From: Paraphysomonas bandaiensis
Taxonomy: Eukaryota > Protista > Chrysophyceae
Reading direction: 5' to 3'
DNA length: 64,000 bases
Assembly: GCA_965644295.1 (NCBI GenBank)
Contig: CBFFRP010000348.1
Location: forward strand, 62,001-126,000
Position numbers and translations under genes: made by a program. Below, piece by piece: positions 13,487-26,350 of the stretch. Numbering within the stretch: position 1 is the first letter of the stretch; each line of letters starts with the position of its first letter. The notes beneath the pieces are model-generated. The model did no database searches. It was not told the DNA's origin and saw only the letters and a program-made list of their open reading frames with translations.

Positions 13487-15657
13487 TTATTTATACCGAG
13501 CAATACTAAGAGTTGCAGGTATCGAAAGAAGCTCCCTAAGTGATGAGCTGTCGATATGCACATCCCCTCGAGCTACTCCCTCTGCAGCAAACTTTCGCAA
13601 AATCGAATCAACACTATCTGAGGCCTCTAACAAAGAGGCCACAGGTTCATGTCCTCCCTTGCTATCTCCAGCGGCACCACAGGTGAAGTCCGCCGGTACT
13701 CTAAAAGAAGTGCCTACCCAGAGGTAGTGGGGTTCGTCCACACATCTCAGAAAGAATAGAGAATGCTACAGATATACATAATAAGACAGGTCACAGAGCA
13801 ACTCTGCAAACTCACCTCATCAAGATCATCGTCATCGTAAACAGCAAAGTGTTGCCACTGCCATTTAATGTCACCTCCCTCTCTCCGCACACACTGGAAG
13901 AGCTGCGGCTTCTTAGTGCTCTGCTTTCCAGGAGATGGAGCAGAACCAATCACCTCTGTAACAACTTTAACAACATCTGCCTCCGCGTCTACCATCACCA
14001 AGTCTCCTGTACTCCCTTTTCCAGCAAGGCACAATGGGGGCACAGGCTTGTCGTTGATCGTTACCGCATTGTCAGCTGACACTGAAGGAACGGTGTCGCC
14101 AGGAACCTCACAGTTAGTGGTATTAACAATAGCACGTCTCTCAACAGTAACACTCGAGTCTGAAGTATTCATAGACAGATTCCGCTTAAGAGCGAGTTGA
14201 TTTGGTTTATGTAGGGAGCTTGGAGAGGCTACCAATTCTCCAGGGGGGTCTTCAAGAGGAAGTAAGAACCCAGCAGAAACATGACTCTTTATAACAATCC
14301 GCTCCACGCCACCGCCTTGACTATGTTGCTCCTCTATGGGGTGCTGAGAACCCATGGACATTTGTCTATCTATCGTGCTGTCTGTCTGCATATGCCCCAA
14401 CCCAGTGACCGTACCGATACTGCGTCTGCGGTGAGCTTCCTTTAGGGAGTCGGGCTCACAAACAAACAGATCATCAAACTCTATCTTGCTCCTCACATCA
14501 CCCGCACCTTCCTGTATAATGTGGTCCCTGAAGTCCACTGGCTCTGCCATGTCGTCTATGACCTCAATAGTGTCCGCCTCGCAGAAGACACCCATTATCT
14601 GTTGGACAAGAATGCACGTAATTTTCAGGCACTCAGGATCCGCGTCCCGACCTTTCCACACATATACACACTTACAGTCCCCTGCAGCAGGTCGCACCAC
14701 GAATACCCCCCCAGAATGAAGCAATGAGCTTCTGGGATGCACAATCTTTCGACTTTCTGGGTTACGCACTAGTTTCAGGACTGGTGTGCCCCTGTCGTGT
14801 GGTAGGTGCGATGCGCATCGGAAAAATATGGGCGTGTTCCTAGACTCCCCATGAAGGAGCTCATCCAATTCAATCAAATTACAAGTGAACCCTGTGTTAG
14901 GGGCACAAGCAGCACGACAGCTTTTTACGTAATCGAATGCCGATTTCCAGCTGCTCTCTGTACAAGCTACATTAAAAAAGCAGTAAATAGATGTGGTGCA
15001 TCTTACCAGAAGCCCACATCAAGTACGCTATAGCAAAGGAGCATGATCTTGATACTCCTCTCTCACAGTGAAGAAGTGTATTCAACTTAGAGTGGCGCCC
15101 AATTTCAATGAATTGTATCACCTCGCAAAAGAACCAGCTGATGTCGTCTTGGCGACCGTCAATCATATCAATGCTAAGGTAGGTCAAAGAGTCGTCGTCA
15201 ATAAAATGGTTTTCGACAACGCTGGGGGCAAAATTGATTATGCGGGTGATATTGTGTTGCCGAAGTATTTCACGTGAGCCGGCAACCTAAAAAATGTTAT
15301 GAGAGGTCGAACATATGTAGCCACGCGAAGCACAACCTTAGCGCCACCAACATATAAAAAATCCGTTACTTGTGAGCATTCCTCCTCACAAGTCGCCATT
15401 AATTGTCGACGACTTTGTCCTTCTGTATAATCAAAATTAAATGCTTCATTAGGAGTCCATCCGCCTATCCCTGAGGGCTCTCTCTTGGGCCCATCAGATA
15501 ACGGGGCGGGAGGGATACATCTCGTCTTCTCGATGGGGATATCTGTATGTACACGAACCACGCTCTCATTCCTCACCTTCTTCGCTGGAGTGTTGGATCC
15601 TGAGTACGGAACCACTGACTGGAAGTCTTTCTTATTTCTTGAGCTTGTGCCTCCCAT
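13487..15657 (-). CDS. Dual-specificity (MAPK) phosphatase with gelsolin-like domain(s), plant MKP1-like architecture; several introns
   Basis: CSQVTDFLYVGG, IDMIDG (general acid) and catalytic HCERGVSRS(C)SFAIAYLMW. Gelsolin-like SLLHSGGVFVV...YVWKG and C-terminal YLWVG. N-terminal MGGTSS is a possible myristoylation signal. Confidence 0.85.
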
Positions 15658-16431
15658 TATATCATACCTGATGAGAGGACAGTGAGAGGGGAGAGACGTC
15701 AGTTTATTCAGAACAAACACATTAGATTAATAGCTGCACCTGTTGTGATATAATGGTCATCAGTGACACTGTCTGTCTCTATGTGTATGTATATATGTGT
15801 GTATGAGTGTTGTTCATTCAAGTTCATCCAGCATCATACTGCTGTATGATAACACTGACACTTCGGCCCGCACCATCATTTCATACACATATACATATAC
15901 ATACCTGATACTGCTGTAGGCTACAGCACTTCTGTCTTCTGTAGCATACCACCTACAATCCCTATCATACCATATGCACGTACATACATGTACAGTAGGT
16001 ATACCACCCCATACACTGACTGCCTCCTACACTACAGGATACTAGTATCCACATCGACACCAGTTGCAGTGGTCTGTATACCACACCCCTACGACGTATT
16101 CCTGCTATATGGTATGATTGGATGGGTTAAAGTTCCTCATATATATGGCACTGTGCAGTGTGGAGTATGCTATAGTATAGTATGGGATAGTAGTGATCTC
16201 ATGATATGATGGTCCATTAGATCCACTCCACTGTTGATTCTATTGTGTGTTGTCTTGTTTTATAGATACTTTATAATTGAAATGAGAGTACATGGCCTCC
16301 TTCATGGGAGTTATCGGACACATATACATGCAATCCATACAACTCACTGTGCATATTGAACACAATTGATCCGTTCCATACATCTGCTCTGTGTACTATT
16401 CAAAGTATTCTTATTTGAAGTATAGCTGCCA

Positions 16432-17950
16432 ATGAAAGGCAGAAGGAAGCACAGAATCTGCATGGTATGTGATTTCTTCTATCCTAATATGGGAGGAGTG
16501 GAAACCCACATATGGTGTCTCTCTCAGTGCTTGATTGAAAGGGGCCATAAGGTTGTGGTAGTGACTCATGCATATGGTGACCGAAAGGGTATACGCTACA
16601 TGACAAATGGTCTGAAAGTATATTACTTACCGCTTGCAGTTATTTATGACCAAATAATATTCCCCACGTTATTTTCATTTTTCCCACTCTTCCGAAATAT
16701 TTTGATTCGGGAACGTATCAGTATCGTACATGGCCATCAAAGCACCTCGCCGATGATGCATGAGGCTATACTATATGCTCGGACAATGGGATACAAAGTA
16801 TGTTATACAGATCACAGCTTGTTTGGATTCGATGACATTGCTGGGTAGGTGTTTACTATTTTATGTGTGTGGCTCTAAATATACGTAGGCTACACATAAA
16901 TAAGATTCTTCAGTTTACACTTTCTGACATTGATCATGCTATTTGTGTGTCGAATACTTGGTACGTGCAAACAAAATTTGCATAGATAAACCTGCTGATA
17001 TTACACAGTCGCGAGAACCTGGTACTAAGGGCGTACTTGCATCCGTCTTTGGTGTCCACTATTCCAAACGCAGTGGACCCAACCAAGTTCACCCCTGATC
17101 CCTCCAGGCGTCAGCCAGCTAGTACTATCAACATAGTCATGCTCAGTAGACTTGTGTACCGGAAAGGTATAGACCTCGCTGTCAAGTAAGTCTCTGTGCA
17201 GTTGATTGTTCGCACTAAACTGTCTATCAGAGTCATTCCCCTGCTCTGTGCCCAATTTCCCATGATTCACTTTATTATTGGTGGAGATGGACCTAAAAAA
17301 CTCCTGCTTGAAGAGATGCGGGAACGTCACCAGCTGCATGACCGAGTGGAGCTCCTCGGAGAGATCCCCCACAATCGAGTGAGGGATGTGCTCGTACGTG
17401 GCCATATATTCCTTAATTGCTCCCTGACAGAGTCGTTTTGTATCGCCCTGTTGGAGGCTGCATCATGTGGTTTGTTCGTCGTCTCTACTAAAGTTGGAGG
17501 TGTTCCAGAGGTTCTACCAGTGGCCATGATAAAGTTTGCGGACCCCACAGTCGAAGGTTTACTTAACGCCCTTACCGATGCTATATCCATGTCACGGCGG
17601 GTTATTCCGAATGATTTGCATAACAGGATAGTTGTCATGTATAGTTGGATGGATGTGAGTGAGAGGACAGAAGTTGTATATTGTAGAATGGCACTCAGCG
17701 GTTCCCCTTCTTTAGCGACAAGGTTTTTGAGGTACATTGTGGAGTATACAAATGACCTGTATAATATTATATCAGATATCTTTCTGTTGGTCCTTGGGCT
17801 GGACTACTAGCGTGTGCCATAGCCGCCTGTCTGCACATAATGAGTTATATATATGATATATTCGTACCCGTTAGTTCTATTGAAATATGCCCGGACTATC
17901 CATCCCCTAAAACCTCGAAAATATATTCGAAGCGTATCATGGATACATAG
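16432..17950 (+). CDS. PIGA: Phosphatidylinositol N-acetylglucosaminyltransferase subunit A (GPI biosynthesis), 4 introns
   Basis: [51 protein letters not shown] and [21 protein letters not shown]. The spliced frame ends at TAG 17948-17950. Confidence 0.96.
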
Positions 17951-18853
17951 GTAGTTGTTAATAAAGCGCAGTCAATGTTGAGTTTTGCTTAGAGTTGAAC
18001 AATTAAATATTTTGGTTTACGGCATCTGGATATATTTCATGAAGTGACTGTATACCCACGCTGCGAGCCTTGAACAATCACTTCCCCTTTTTATCTAGAC
18101 CATGATACACATATACACAATACACACACACATCATCAACGATATCTGTTAGAATTAGACATTATACTGAAGTTGACCTTGCTCTACACTTAAACCTTAA
18201 CCTTGCTTTGTTGCATACAATGTACTTTCAAGTAGCTAAGAATTTTAAAATTATTAATCTGAGAACTCAGTACTTCCCTGTTCACACCATATACATTTAA
18301 CATCTGCTTACAGAAACACCTGTTTATCATATGTTCACCAGTCACTCCTATATCTTACATAGTACACAGGAGGCCTAGTCACACATCAGTAGCTGAATTT
18401 ACTTCCATTGCAACTATGAGTTGATTTCACCTATTGCAATCTATGAACTATGAACCCACTTAAATTGCGCATTCCATAACGCATCATGCTGCAGAAGTCA
18501 AGAATATCATTCTGAATAGTATATATACATTTGCATTTAGAAGCTCGTCTAGACATGACTATATTGCAATTGTAGTGTTAGAAAAGTATTGATGGGTAGT
18601 TAGCTTACAATACCAAGAATCTATTGTTCCCTAACCTACTATAAATGACTCTGATTTTGAGTCCAGGTAATAGAAGGAAAGAGTTTACACGAACCAAGAA
18701 TATATATTTTCAAGAATATTCAAGTACGGCCACATACATACTATCGAAGACTACGTTATGATGCACAAAACAAACAAAACAATTTGTTTAGAATCAACAA
18801 ATATCCATCTACTGGTGGTGTTAAGAAACACCAATTTTTTAAAGCACACAGAA

Positions 18854-19330
18854 TTACATTGAAGACGCTCCCTTCTTTCCTCCGGTTTTAGGAACAACAG
18901 GGGCTGATTGAGCAGCCGAAGAAGATTTGTTGATAAGAGCCTTGTGGATGTGGGGAATAACACCTCCTCCAGCAATAGTTGCCTTGATAAGTGCATCAAG
19001 CTCCTCATCTCCACGAATTGCTAGAAGCAAGTGTCTGGGAGTGATACGCTTCACCTTGAGATCCTTACAGGCGTTTCCAGCCAACTCAAGAACCTCAGCA
19101 GTGAGATACTCCATAATAGCTGCAGTATACACAGCAGCAGTTGCTCCTACTCTCTGATGAGAGTGCACACGCTGCTTGAGAAATCTGTGAATACGTCCAA
19201 CAGGGAACTGCAGACCAGCCCTAGAAGAACGAGACTGTGGGGACTTCTTAGAGGAAGGGGCTTTGCCACCTTTACCTCCTTTGCCACCCTTACCACCTTT
19301 GCCGCCTTTACCGCCGCCACCGAGATCCAT
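18854..19330 (-). CDS. H2A.Z: Histone H2A.Z variant
   Basis: [39 protein letters not shown] and [22 protein letters not shown] (H2A.Z-specific docking region). A probable 46-nt 5'UTR intron (19376-19331) abuts the ATG. Confidence 0.96.
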   Translation of the reverse strand: MDLGGGGKGGKGGKGGKGGKGGKAPSSKKSPQSRSSRAGLQFPVGRIHRFLKQRVHSHQRVGATAAVYTAAIMEYLTAEVLELAGNACKDLKVKRITPRHLLLAIRGDEELDALIKATIAGGGVIPHIHKALINKSSSAAQSAPVVPKTGGKKGASSM

Positions 19331-21239
19331 CTACGAACAAGGTTAGATAATATCAAGGACATGATTATCAACATACTTCGACTGTATTGAGATGTTAGTG
19401 AGAATATTTGATACAACAGAAATTTTAAATTAGTTTGATTCTGTTCAAGTCGCCCTCTACACTGAATCGGATCTTGAACAGGTACATTTGAGCATCTCGA
19501 ATACTTTTTTTCCGTATCTTGAATAGTCGCAAACTTTTGATTATCAATGTTGTGTGGTCTAATATATAGAATACATCGTATTATTGTGTATAGATATTTC
19601 CTTGTAGTTTCTGGATTTTTCTGCCTGTTGTATGATCGTTGTGTGTGTGTTGTTTCATGTAGCTATGCATTACGGACACAATCTGGCCCATAACGAATGA
19701 TTAGCCAAGCTTTCAGAGTTGGGCTTTCTCATGATGATTGTTTTGGGGGTTTGAGTTAGTGGCAGTGGCTCTGTACTGTGTGTTGGCATCATCTTGGAGT
19801 TATCATGTCTCGTGTGTATATATATATACACCATTCGATACATACGAAAAATGATAATGAGAGTTCATGTATATTAAGTCAGAGGAGGTGTCGCCAACCA
19901 AAACTTCGTTAGGGCTAGCGCGTGTTCCTGGTGGACAGAATGGAGAAAAGCGAGTACGTAGGTCCTGGAACTATAATTTATACGAACTTTCGAAATGTGG
20001 CAACTTCTTTGCAGTAAGAAGAAGACAACTACAATCTGCATCTGAGCTGAATTACATATTATAACAGAAAGATATAGGTAAAGCCAGTAAATGATGTTAA
20101 CACAGTCGTGGCTGTTGTGATGTCTAGATGATGGGTAGTGTTAGCCATCACATCAGTATATCAGTATCGCGCTTGGTTTAACCATACCAATTAACCACTA
20201 ATACTGAAGTGAAACTTGATTGAATTACTCTACTATATAACTTACAATATATATAATGTGTAAATATAGATACAGTGGACAATGTACACATCTTTTCTAC
20301 TTCTATGATAGAACATTCATCACTCAACTGGAATAGTAATACTTCAGGAATGGAGGTAGATGCTCTGTAGTTTCGTGATTACCATTCCGTTACTTTGTCG
20401 TATGAACCATATCATAGCTAATATTTTGTACACAGGGACCCATTATTAGATTTAACCCGTTATTTATAGCAATTTGTATATAGATATATCCAGCTTCAGT
20501 ACTACCAATTTGCCCTACATACTAATTTGCACTTGGTGTTGTAAATTAGCTGATGTACATTTATTGAAGTAATAACTAAGCCTACTAGTTCTTCGAAGCC
20601 TACGGTATCTAATTCTCAGGTATAAACTTCCAGAATGAAAGAAATCACTATAAACTAAACACTTCACATAGGACTTCACCGTATAATGTATATAAATATA
20701 GTGACACATATCACTAACTAATTCATCTTTTTCGTATTTAGTTTTGTTGCTTTTAAACTATGTATTTTCTTTGTCTATTTCACAACATATATCATATCAT
20801 ATAGCAGATATCAATGCTGCCAATTCCCTGGCATTGTAGCTGTGTAGTGCGTAGTACTTCGTACATTCTGCCCGTAAAAGTACTTGAATTGCTGTGTCAT
20901 CACTAGCATTCGAAAAATATAAAGAATATATTATGAATATCAGAAGCATCTCTTGTGAAAACGAATACACATGTCTGACGTGATTTCATAGAAGTCAGAA
21001 ATATATTCATGGTGATATTACATGTGAGAGGATGACACTGTGATACAATTCGCAAGAAATTCGACAAAAAAGGTGGAAAGTGTCTCAGCGATACTTATAC
21101 ATCTCTTGAATTAAAAGTTATTAAATCTTATTATTTGTATAATTGTCGCAATTATTTGCGCTAACAAGATACATGAGTAACACGGACATATCTCACAATG
21201 CGCAGCAAACAATCCGAAGGTCAAACGGAAATTACGACC

Positions 21240-21604
21240 TCAAGATGGTAGCATTGGCGTTTCCGGTGTTACTCCTCTCTTAACAGTCATAACTTTTGGA
21301 GGTTGCCCAGTATGTGGGAGAGGCTTGACGACCTTCACGTGCAGGTGTTCGTCGCCATCAACTTTTACGAGCATCAAATAAATCGTCCCAGCAACGACTT
21401 GAGTTGTATAATGAACCAATTCAAATTCAGAGAAACTGCTACCAGCTTCTTGTTCTACATTCTCCTTTACCCCATTCAGAATTTCACAGACCTCATCATT
21501 GGGTGGGCTCATTTCTGCAGTAACATAATAACATATTAAGAGATCAATCAAAACAAATATCCAAGCAGTATACCTGAACGAAATCCTCCTGGCATATCTG
21601 TCAT
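21240..21604 (-). CDS. Stefin (type 1 cystatin) cysteine protease inhibitor, 101 aa, one intron
   Basis: Exon 1 MTDMPGGFRS (conserved GG) is spliced via a 59-nt intron (21573-21515) to an exon with QVVAG and LHVKVVKPLP. The longer track ORF (to 21815) reads through the intron in the wrong frame for exon 1. Confidence 0.9.
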
Positions 21605-22134
21605 TGTTCTTAAGGTGTGAAAATATCTGTTGTAATATACTATCGCTTTCCTCTAATATACAGTGAGTGTTATGGTTATGATATGCAGACAATGAGCACA
21701 ACACAGTCACAGTCACAGTGCAGAGTACAGCTACCTCAAGAAGAATATCGTATCTCGTCAGCAGCAGCAGTACTGCTGCATACCGCTTCTTTGAATGAAG
21801 ATCTCGCTCAGGCATACGACTGTACTACAATGTATTCCCACACACACACTGCTGCTGATGATGATGATGATGATGAGGAGGACTTCAACTACAGTAAAAT
21901 ACAATATATACAGCAGTATCCTATAAAGTGTGATGAAGTGATGAAGAAAGAAGTATGATAATTTGCACCAATCAGCAATCACATGGCGAACCCAATTGAT
22001 TCTCTTGAGCATATGGATTTCAAGATGTTTCGACTGTCATCTCATGTATACATGAGCCATATACGACCCTCATATATAATCACAATTACACGATCATTGC
22101 ACGTGTTGTTGTGTCATCAGTGTCTTTAAAGGCA

Positions 22135-24978
22135 ATGTCGCAGTACTCTCCCATGGAGTCTTCGAAGGTCTTCGATAGCTCCACAACTTCTCCTTTACAC
22201 GAAGGCGATCAACACCTTTGCGACCTGCTCGATATGGACGTTAACGACATAGAAATGCGAAATATTGACTCCAAGATCATCAGGCGCATCACGAGGTAAG
22301 CGGATTGAAGTGAGATAAACGGTGGTTATCTGATCAGTGGTACAGAGATGATACGGAGATCGACTTGGATGATGATTTCACTATGCGGCCAGATATCGCT
22401 TATTATATTGACAGCAAGAAAGATGGTGCACGTGCTAAAGTTCGCCCTAATGTCATGAACTTAATTGATGGTGGCGAGCACGGAACCCCCCAGCAGCTGG
22501 CAGCCGACGAAGAGGAGATTATTAAGTACATGCCAGGCTATAACTTTGGCTGGATTGAGGGCGTTTTTATTCGCTGTACACTTAGTATTTTTGGAGTGCT
22601 TATGTTTTTGCGTCTCAACTGGATGTTTGCTCAGGCTGGGGTTGGGGGTGCATTGGGTATTATTATTTGGTCGGTTGCTGTTACATCACTAACAACAATG
22701 TCCTTGTCTGCATTGTCAACCAATGGCGTGATGAAAGGTGGAGGGGTGTATTACATGGTTTCCCGCGCCCTTGGTGCCGAGTTTGGTGGCGTTGTTGGAA
22801 TTACCCTATTTATTGCTCAGTCTGCTGCTGTTTCCCTTCATCTCAATGGTTTCGGTGAGGCGGTTGCCATTCTTGAGGATGGAAATTACGTATTCAGCGC
22901 AGATGGAGACAAAATATTTTTTGGGTGCCTTGGTCTTGTCTGTGTTCTCGGTTCTGCATTTCTTGGGGCTAACTTTGAGGTTCAGTCACAAAAGGTTTTG
23001 GCATTCAGCATGGCCCTTGCACTGCTTACTTTCTATATTGGTGTAATTATGAGCAAGAATAACTCTGAGATTGATTCAACGCCCCTGTCTTCTAAAACCC
23101 TGGACTCTAATATGGTAGGAGAGTACTCCAGTGGTGAATCCTGGTTGACTGTTTTTGGAGTCTTCTTCCCCGCCTGTACTGGTATTTCGGCAGGTTCCAG
23201 TATATCCGGCGATCTAAAGGATCCCTCTGAGGCAATCCCGAAGGGAACCTTTGCGGCAGTAGTGCTTACTACAATCATATATATATCAATGGGTCTCTTC
23301 ATGTGTGCTTGCTTCACTCCGGAAGGATTAGCTAATATTACAACTCAAATCAGCGCTATTGATATATCAATTGTGCCTCAACTTATGTATCTGGGTATGT
23401 TTGCTGCAGCCCTCTCCTCTGCTTTGGCCCTTGTAGTTGGCGCCCCTCGTGTCCTGATGGCGGTTGCTCGTGATGATATTCTTCCTATCAGCTTTTACAA
23501 GAAGGCTTACTTTGCTAATGATGAGCCATTGAGAGGATACCTTACCGTCATTGTCATTGCCTTTGTTTGTATCGTAGGCTTAGATCTCAACACTGTTTCA
23601 CCCATCGTGACCAACTTCTTCCTGGTGCAGTATGGCCTTGTCAACTACAGCGTGTATCATGCACACATATCCAAGGCCCCTGGATGGAGACCGTCGTTTA
23701 AGTACTGGTCACCTTATCTCTGTCTGCTAGGTGCCGTTATGTGCTTTATCTCCATGTTCATGGTAAACTGGATACTTGCCATTCTCACTATTCTAGCCAG
23801 CATTGGTATTTTCCAATATATCTCGCACTCCAAGCCTGATGTCAATTGGGGTGACAGTGGTGTTGCGCATTGTCAGAAACAGGCTGTTGAAGCAATATAC
23901 AGAATGGAAAGATTGAAGGATCATGTCAAAAACTTCAGACCTCAATTTTTGCTTTTGAGTAAAGACCCCAAGCTTGACACTGAAATGATATCCCTGATGG
24001 CTCGACTCAAAAAGACGAGAGGTCTTTCTCTGATTGGCCGCGTAATTATTGGTGATATGCACGACCCTGTCACATTTGCCGATGGAGAGAGAGCACGTCG
24101 AGATGTCATCATGGTTGAGAATGAGATTATTGCCATATTACAAGTAATATGTGCTCCCACCCTCCTCAGTGGAGTGGAGTCATTCTTACAACTTGCTGGT
24201 TTCGGAAAGCTGAAACCGAACACTGTCTTGATAGGCTTTAAAAACAACTGGCAAAAAGTTCCCGAAGAAGAACTCGTTGAATATATTTGCATTTTGAGAT
24301 CCTGTTTTGCGACCAAGCATTCTGTGTGTATACTACGCAACTGCGATGCGTCACTTAACTATGTTCCCCATGAAGCAGTGGTTGTAGAGAATACAGGTAA
24401 GAGTCGAAGAAGTGTGCGTTGTTTCATGTTTTTACACATTCTTAGGTGAAAATTTATATTCTCCCCCTGTAGAGCGTGGCCACATAGACGTTTGGTGGCT
24501 TGTGGAGGATGGAGGGCTTCCATTTCTGCTTGCGCACTTGATGGCTAGACATGCCCAGTACAGGAAGTCTGGTTCTGTCCTGCGTCTATTCGGCCTTATT
24601 TCCGTTAATGCGTCCGTCGATGAGGTTAAGCTCGAGAAGCTCAGATTGAGAGCGCTGCTTAACAGATTTAGATTTGTTGCCGAAGTGATTCTTGTGCAAC
24701 ATGATCTTATCCCTTCTATGGAGATGTCTAAGAATTACATTGATCTATCTGGTGACACAGAAACACCAGATAGCTTGACCCTAACGGTCATAAATATATC
24801 CAAGCATATGATGGACTACTCTTTACACGCTCATGTAGTGGTTATTTCTCTTCCAGTTCCAAAAGTGTCATACTCTACGAAAAAGTATCTTGCATACCTG
24901 GATTTACTGAGCTGCACTGGCAGACCGACCTTTATTTCACGAGGCAACCAGCAAACCGTACTCTCGTATCACTCATAG
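22135..24978 (+). CDS. Cation-chloride cotransporter (SLC12A / NKCC-CCC family), 2 introns
   Basis: FGWIEGVFIRC, FLRLNW, GGVYYMVSRALGAEFGG, FGVFFPACTGI, SGDLKDPSEAIPKGT, PGWRPSFKY, HVKNFRPQ, KLKPNT, IDVWWLVEDGGL and terminal RGNQQTVLSYHS. Confidence 0.94.
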
Positions 24979-25101
24979 TGAGGCATTTTTGAACATCCTG
25001 GATTATAATTATTCTCAGAAACGATAACTAGAATAATTTTGGCATATATTTTTTACATTCCTTTGAAATCTATTATATTACTTAAAGTTGATGTGATGAA
25101 C

Positions 25102-25710
25102 AAACCTGGAGAAGCGCTCTAAACCTGGTGAAATTTTGAAAATGTCGATTTAAGTTGTGTTTTTTATATGTTTTGCAATAAGTAATGTAGTAGGTGTAAA
25201 GAGAACATGTTTTTGGAGACATTTAATAAGTTTTATATTAGTTACAGGTCCAAAAAGTGAGAATGTAACGGTTAATGTAACGGTTAATACACACATACTA
25301 TAGATAGCACTATTATATATATTACAAAGTGCTATCTATACTTACAAGCGATAATCAACTGAACTTCTGGTACGTTTACCAGTAATAATAGAAGCAGAAT
25401 CAACTGCACCTGTGTCTACCCACTCCTTAGTGGGTTCCTGGATATATATCTCCACCTGGATATATTGTCTCTTTTACTGGAGGGAATATTATAAGGCTTA
25501 TCCTGGTGTAGTAAGTAGTAATACAGTAGATTTATATGAAAAGTAACAATATAATACAATATTTTAGTAAAATATTTTTAAAATATATTATAATTGAAAA
25601 TATACAAACAACTAAATTTTAATTATCATTCACCCTAGTCTTCAAATAAGTACATATACAACATTTTTGCATATATGAAACCTGGTGAAATCACTTTACC
25701 AGGTTTCATG
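25102..25710. repeat. AT-rich region with repeated AAACCTGG(T)GAA motifs and two hairpins; probable DNA-transposon relic
   Basis: AAACCTGG motif at about 25102, 25120 and 25678. Inverted repeat ATGAAACCTGGT...ACCAGGTTTCAT at 25676-25710. Inverted repeat TATAGATAGCACT...AGTGCTATCTATA at 25299-25340. Tandem AATGTAACGGTT x2. Confidence 0.45.
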
Positions 25711-26350
25711 ATCACACCGACTTTTATGGTGTTTCTTATGGTAATAGTTTTCTGCCATTGCTTTAGCGATTAAATAATAACTGAATAATATATTACCAGC
25801 ATGATGAACTTCATATAGATTTCGCAATGTAAAAATGATGAAAATGCTTGAACGACACATGTAGTGATTCTTGAAACAAATCATCATAATAAAAACTCCG
25901 CTATTTTGTACTTGATACTTGTAAAGGGACACTGACATAACTATAAGTAGTGAAAATTCTTGGCCCATCAGGGCTATATATTGTCAACAGATATTGTATG
26001 GAAACGTCAGTAAATAAACTGTTAACCTTTTAAATGTTCGAGCATGTGGTGTATCATGAGAAAACTTGTCTATCGATGACGAAATGTCGACCAGAGGGTA
26101 TAAAATATTACTCTATATATCAAATATATTTTATATACTTTTCAATTACATATTCGCGCTAGCCCACCATACGATTATGCTATATATTAAACAATTTGAA
26201 ATTATTTATTGGTTTAATACGTACAACTGTCAAGTACTCAATTGCTACATAAACTTCTGCATTGAATACTGTGGCTCTGCTAGCTTTAAATAATACAGCG
26301 TTTATCTCAACTAGTAGATGATCATTAACCACGTACTTCTACGATTGTAG

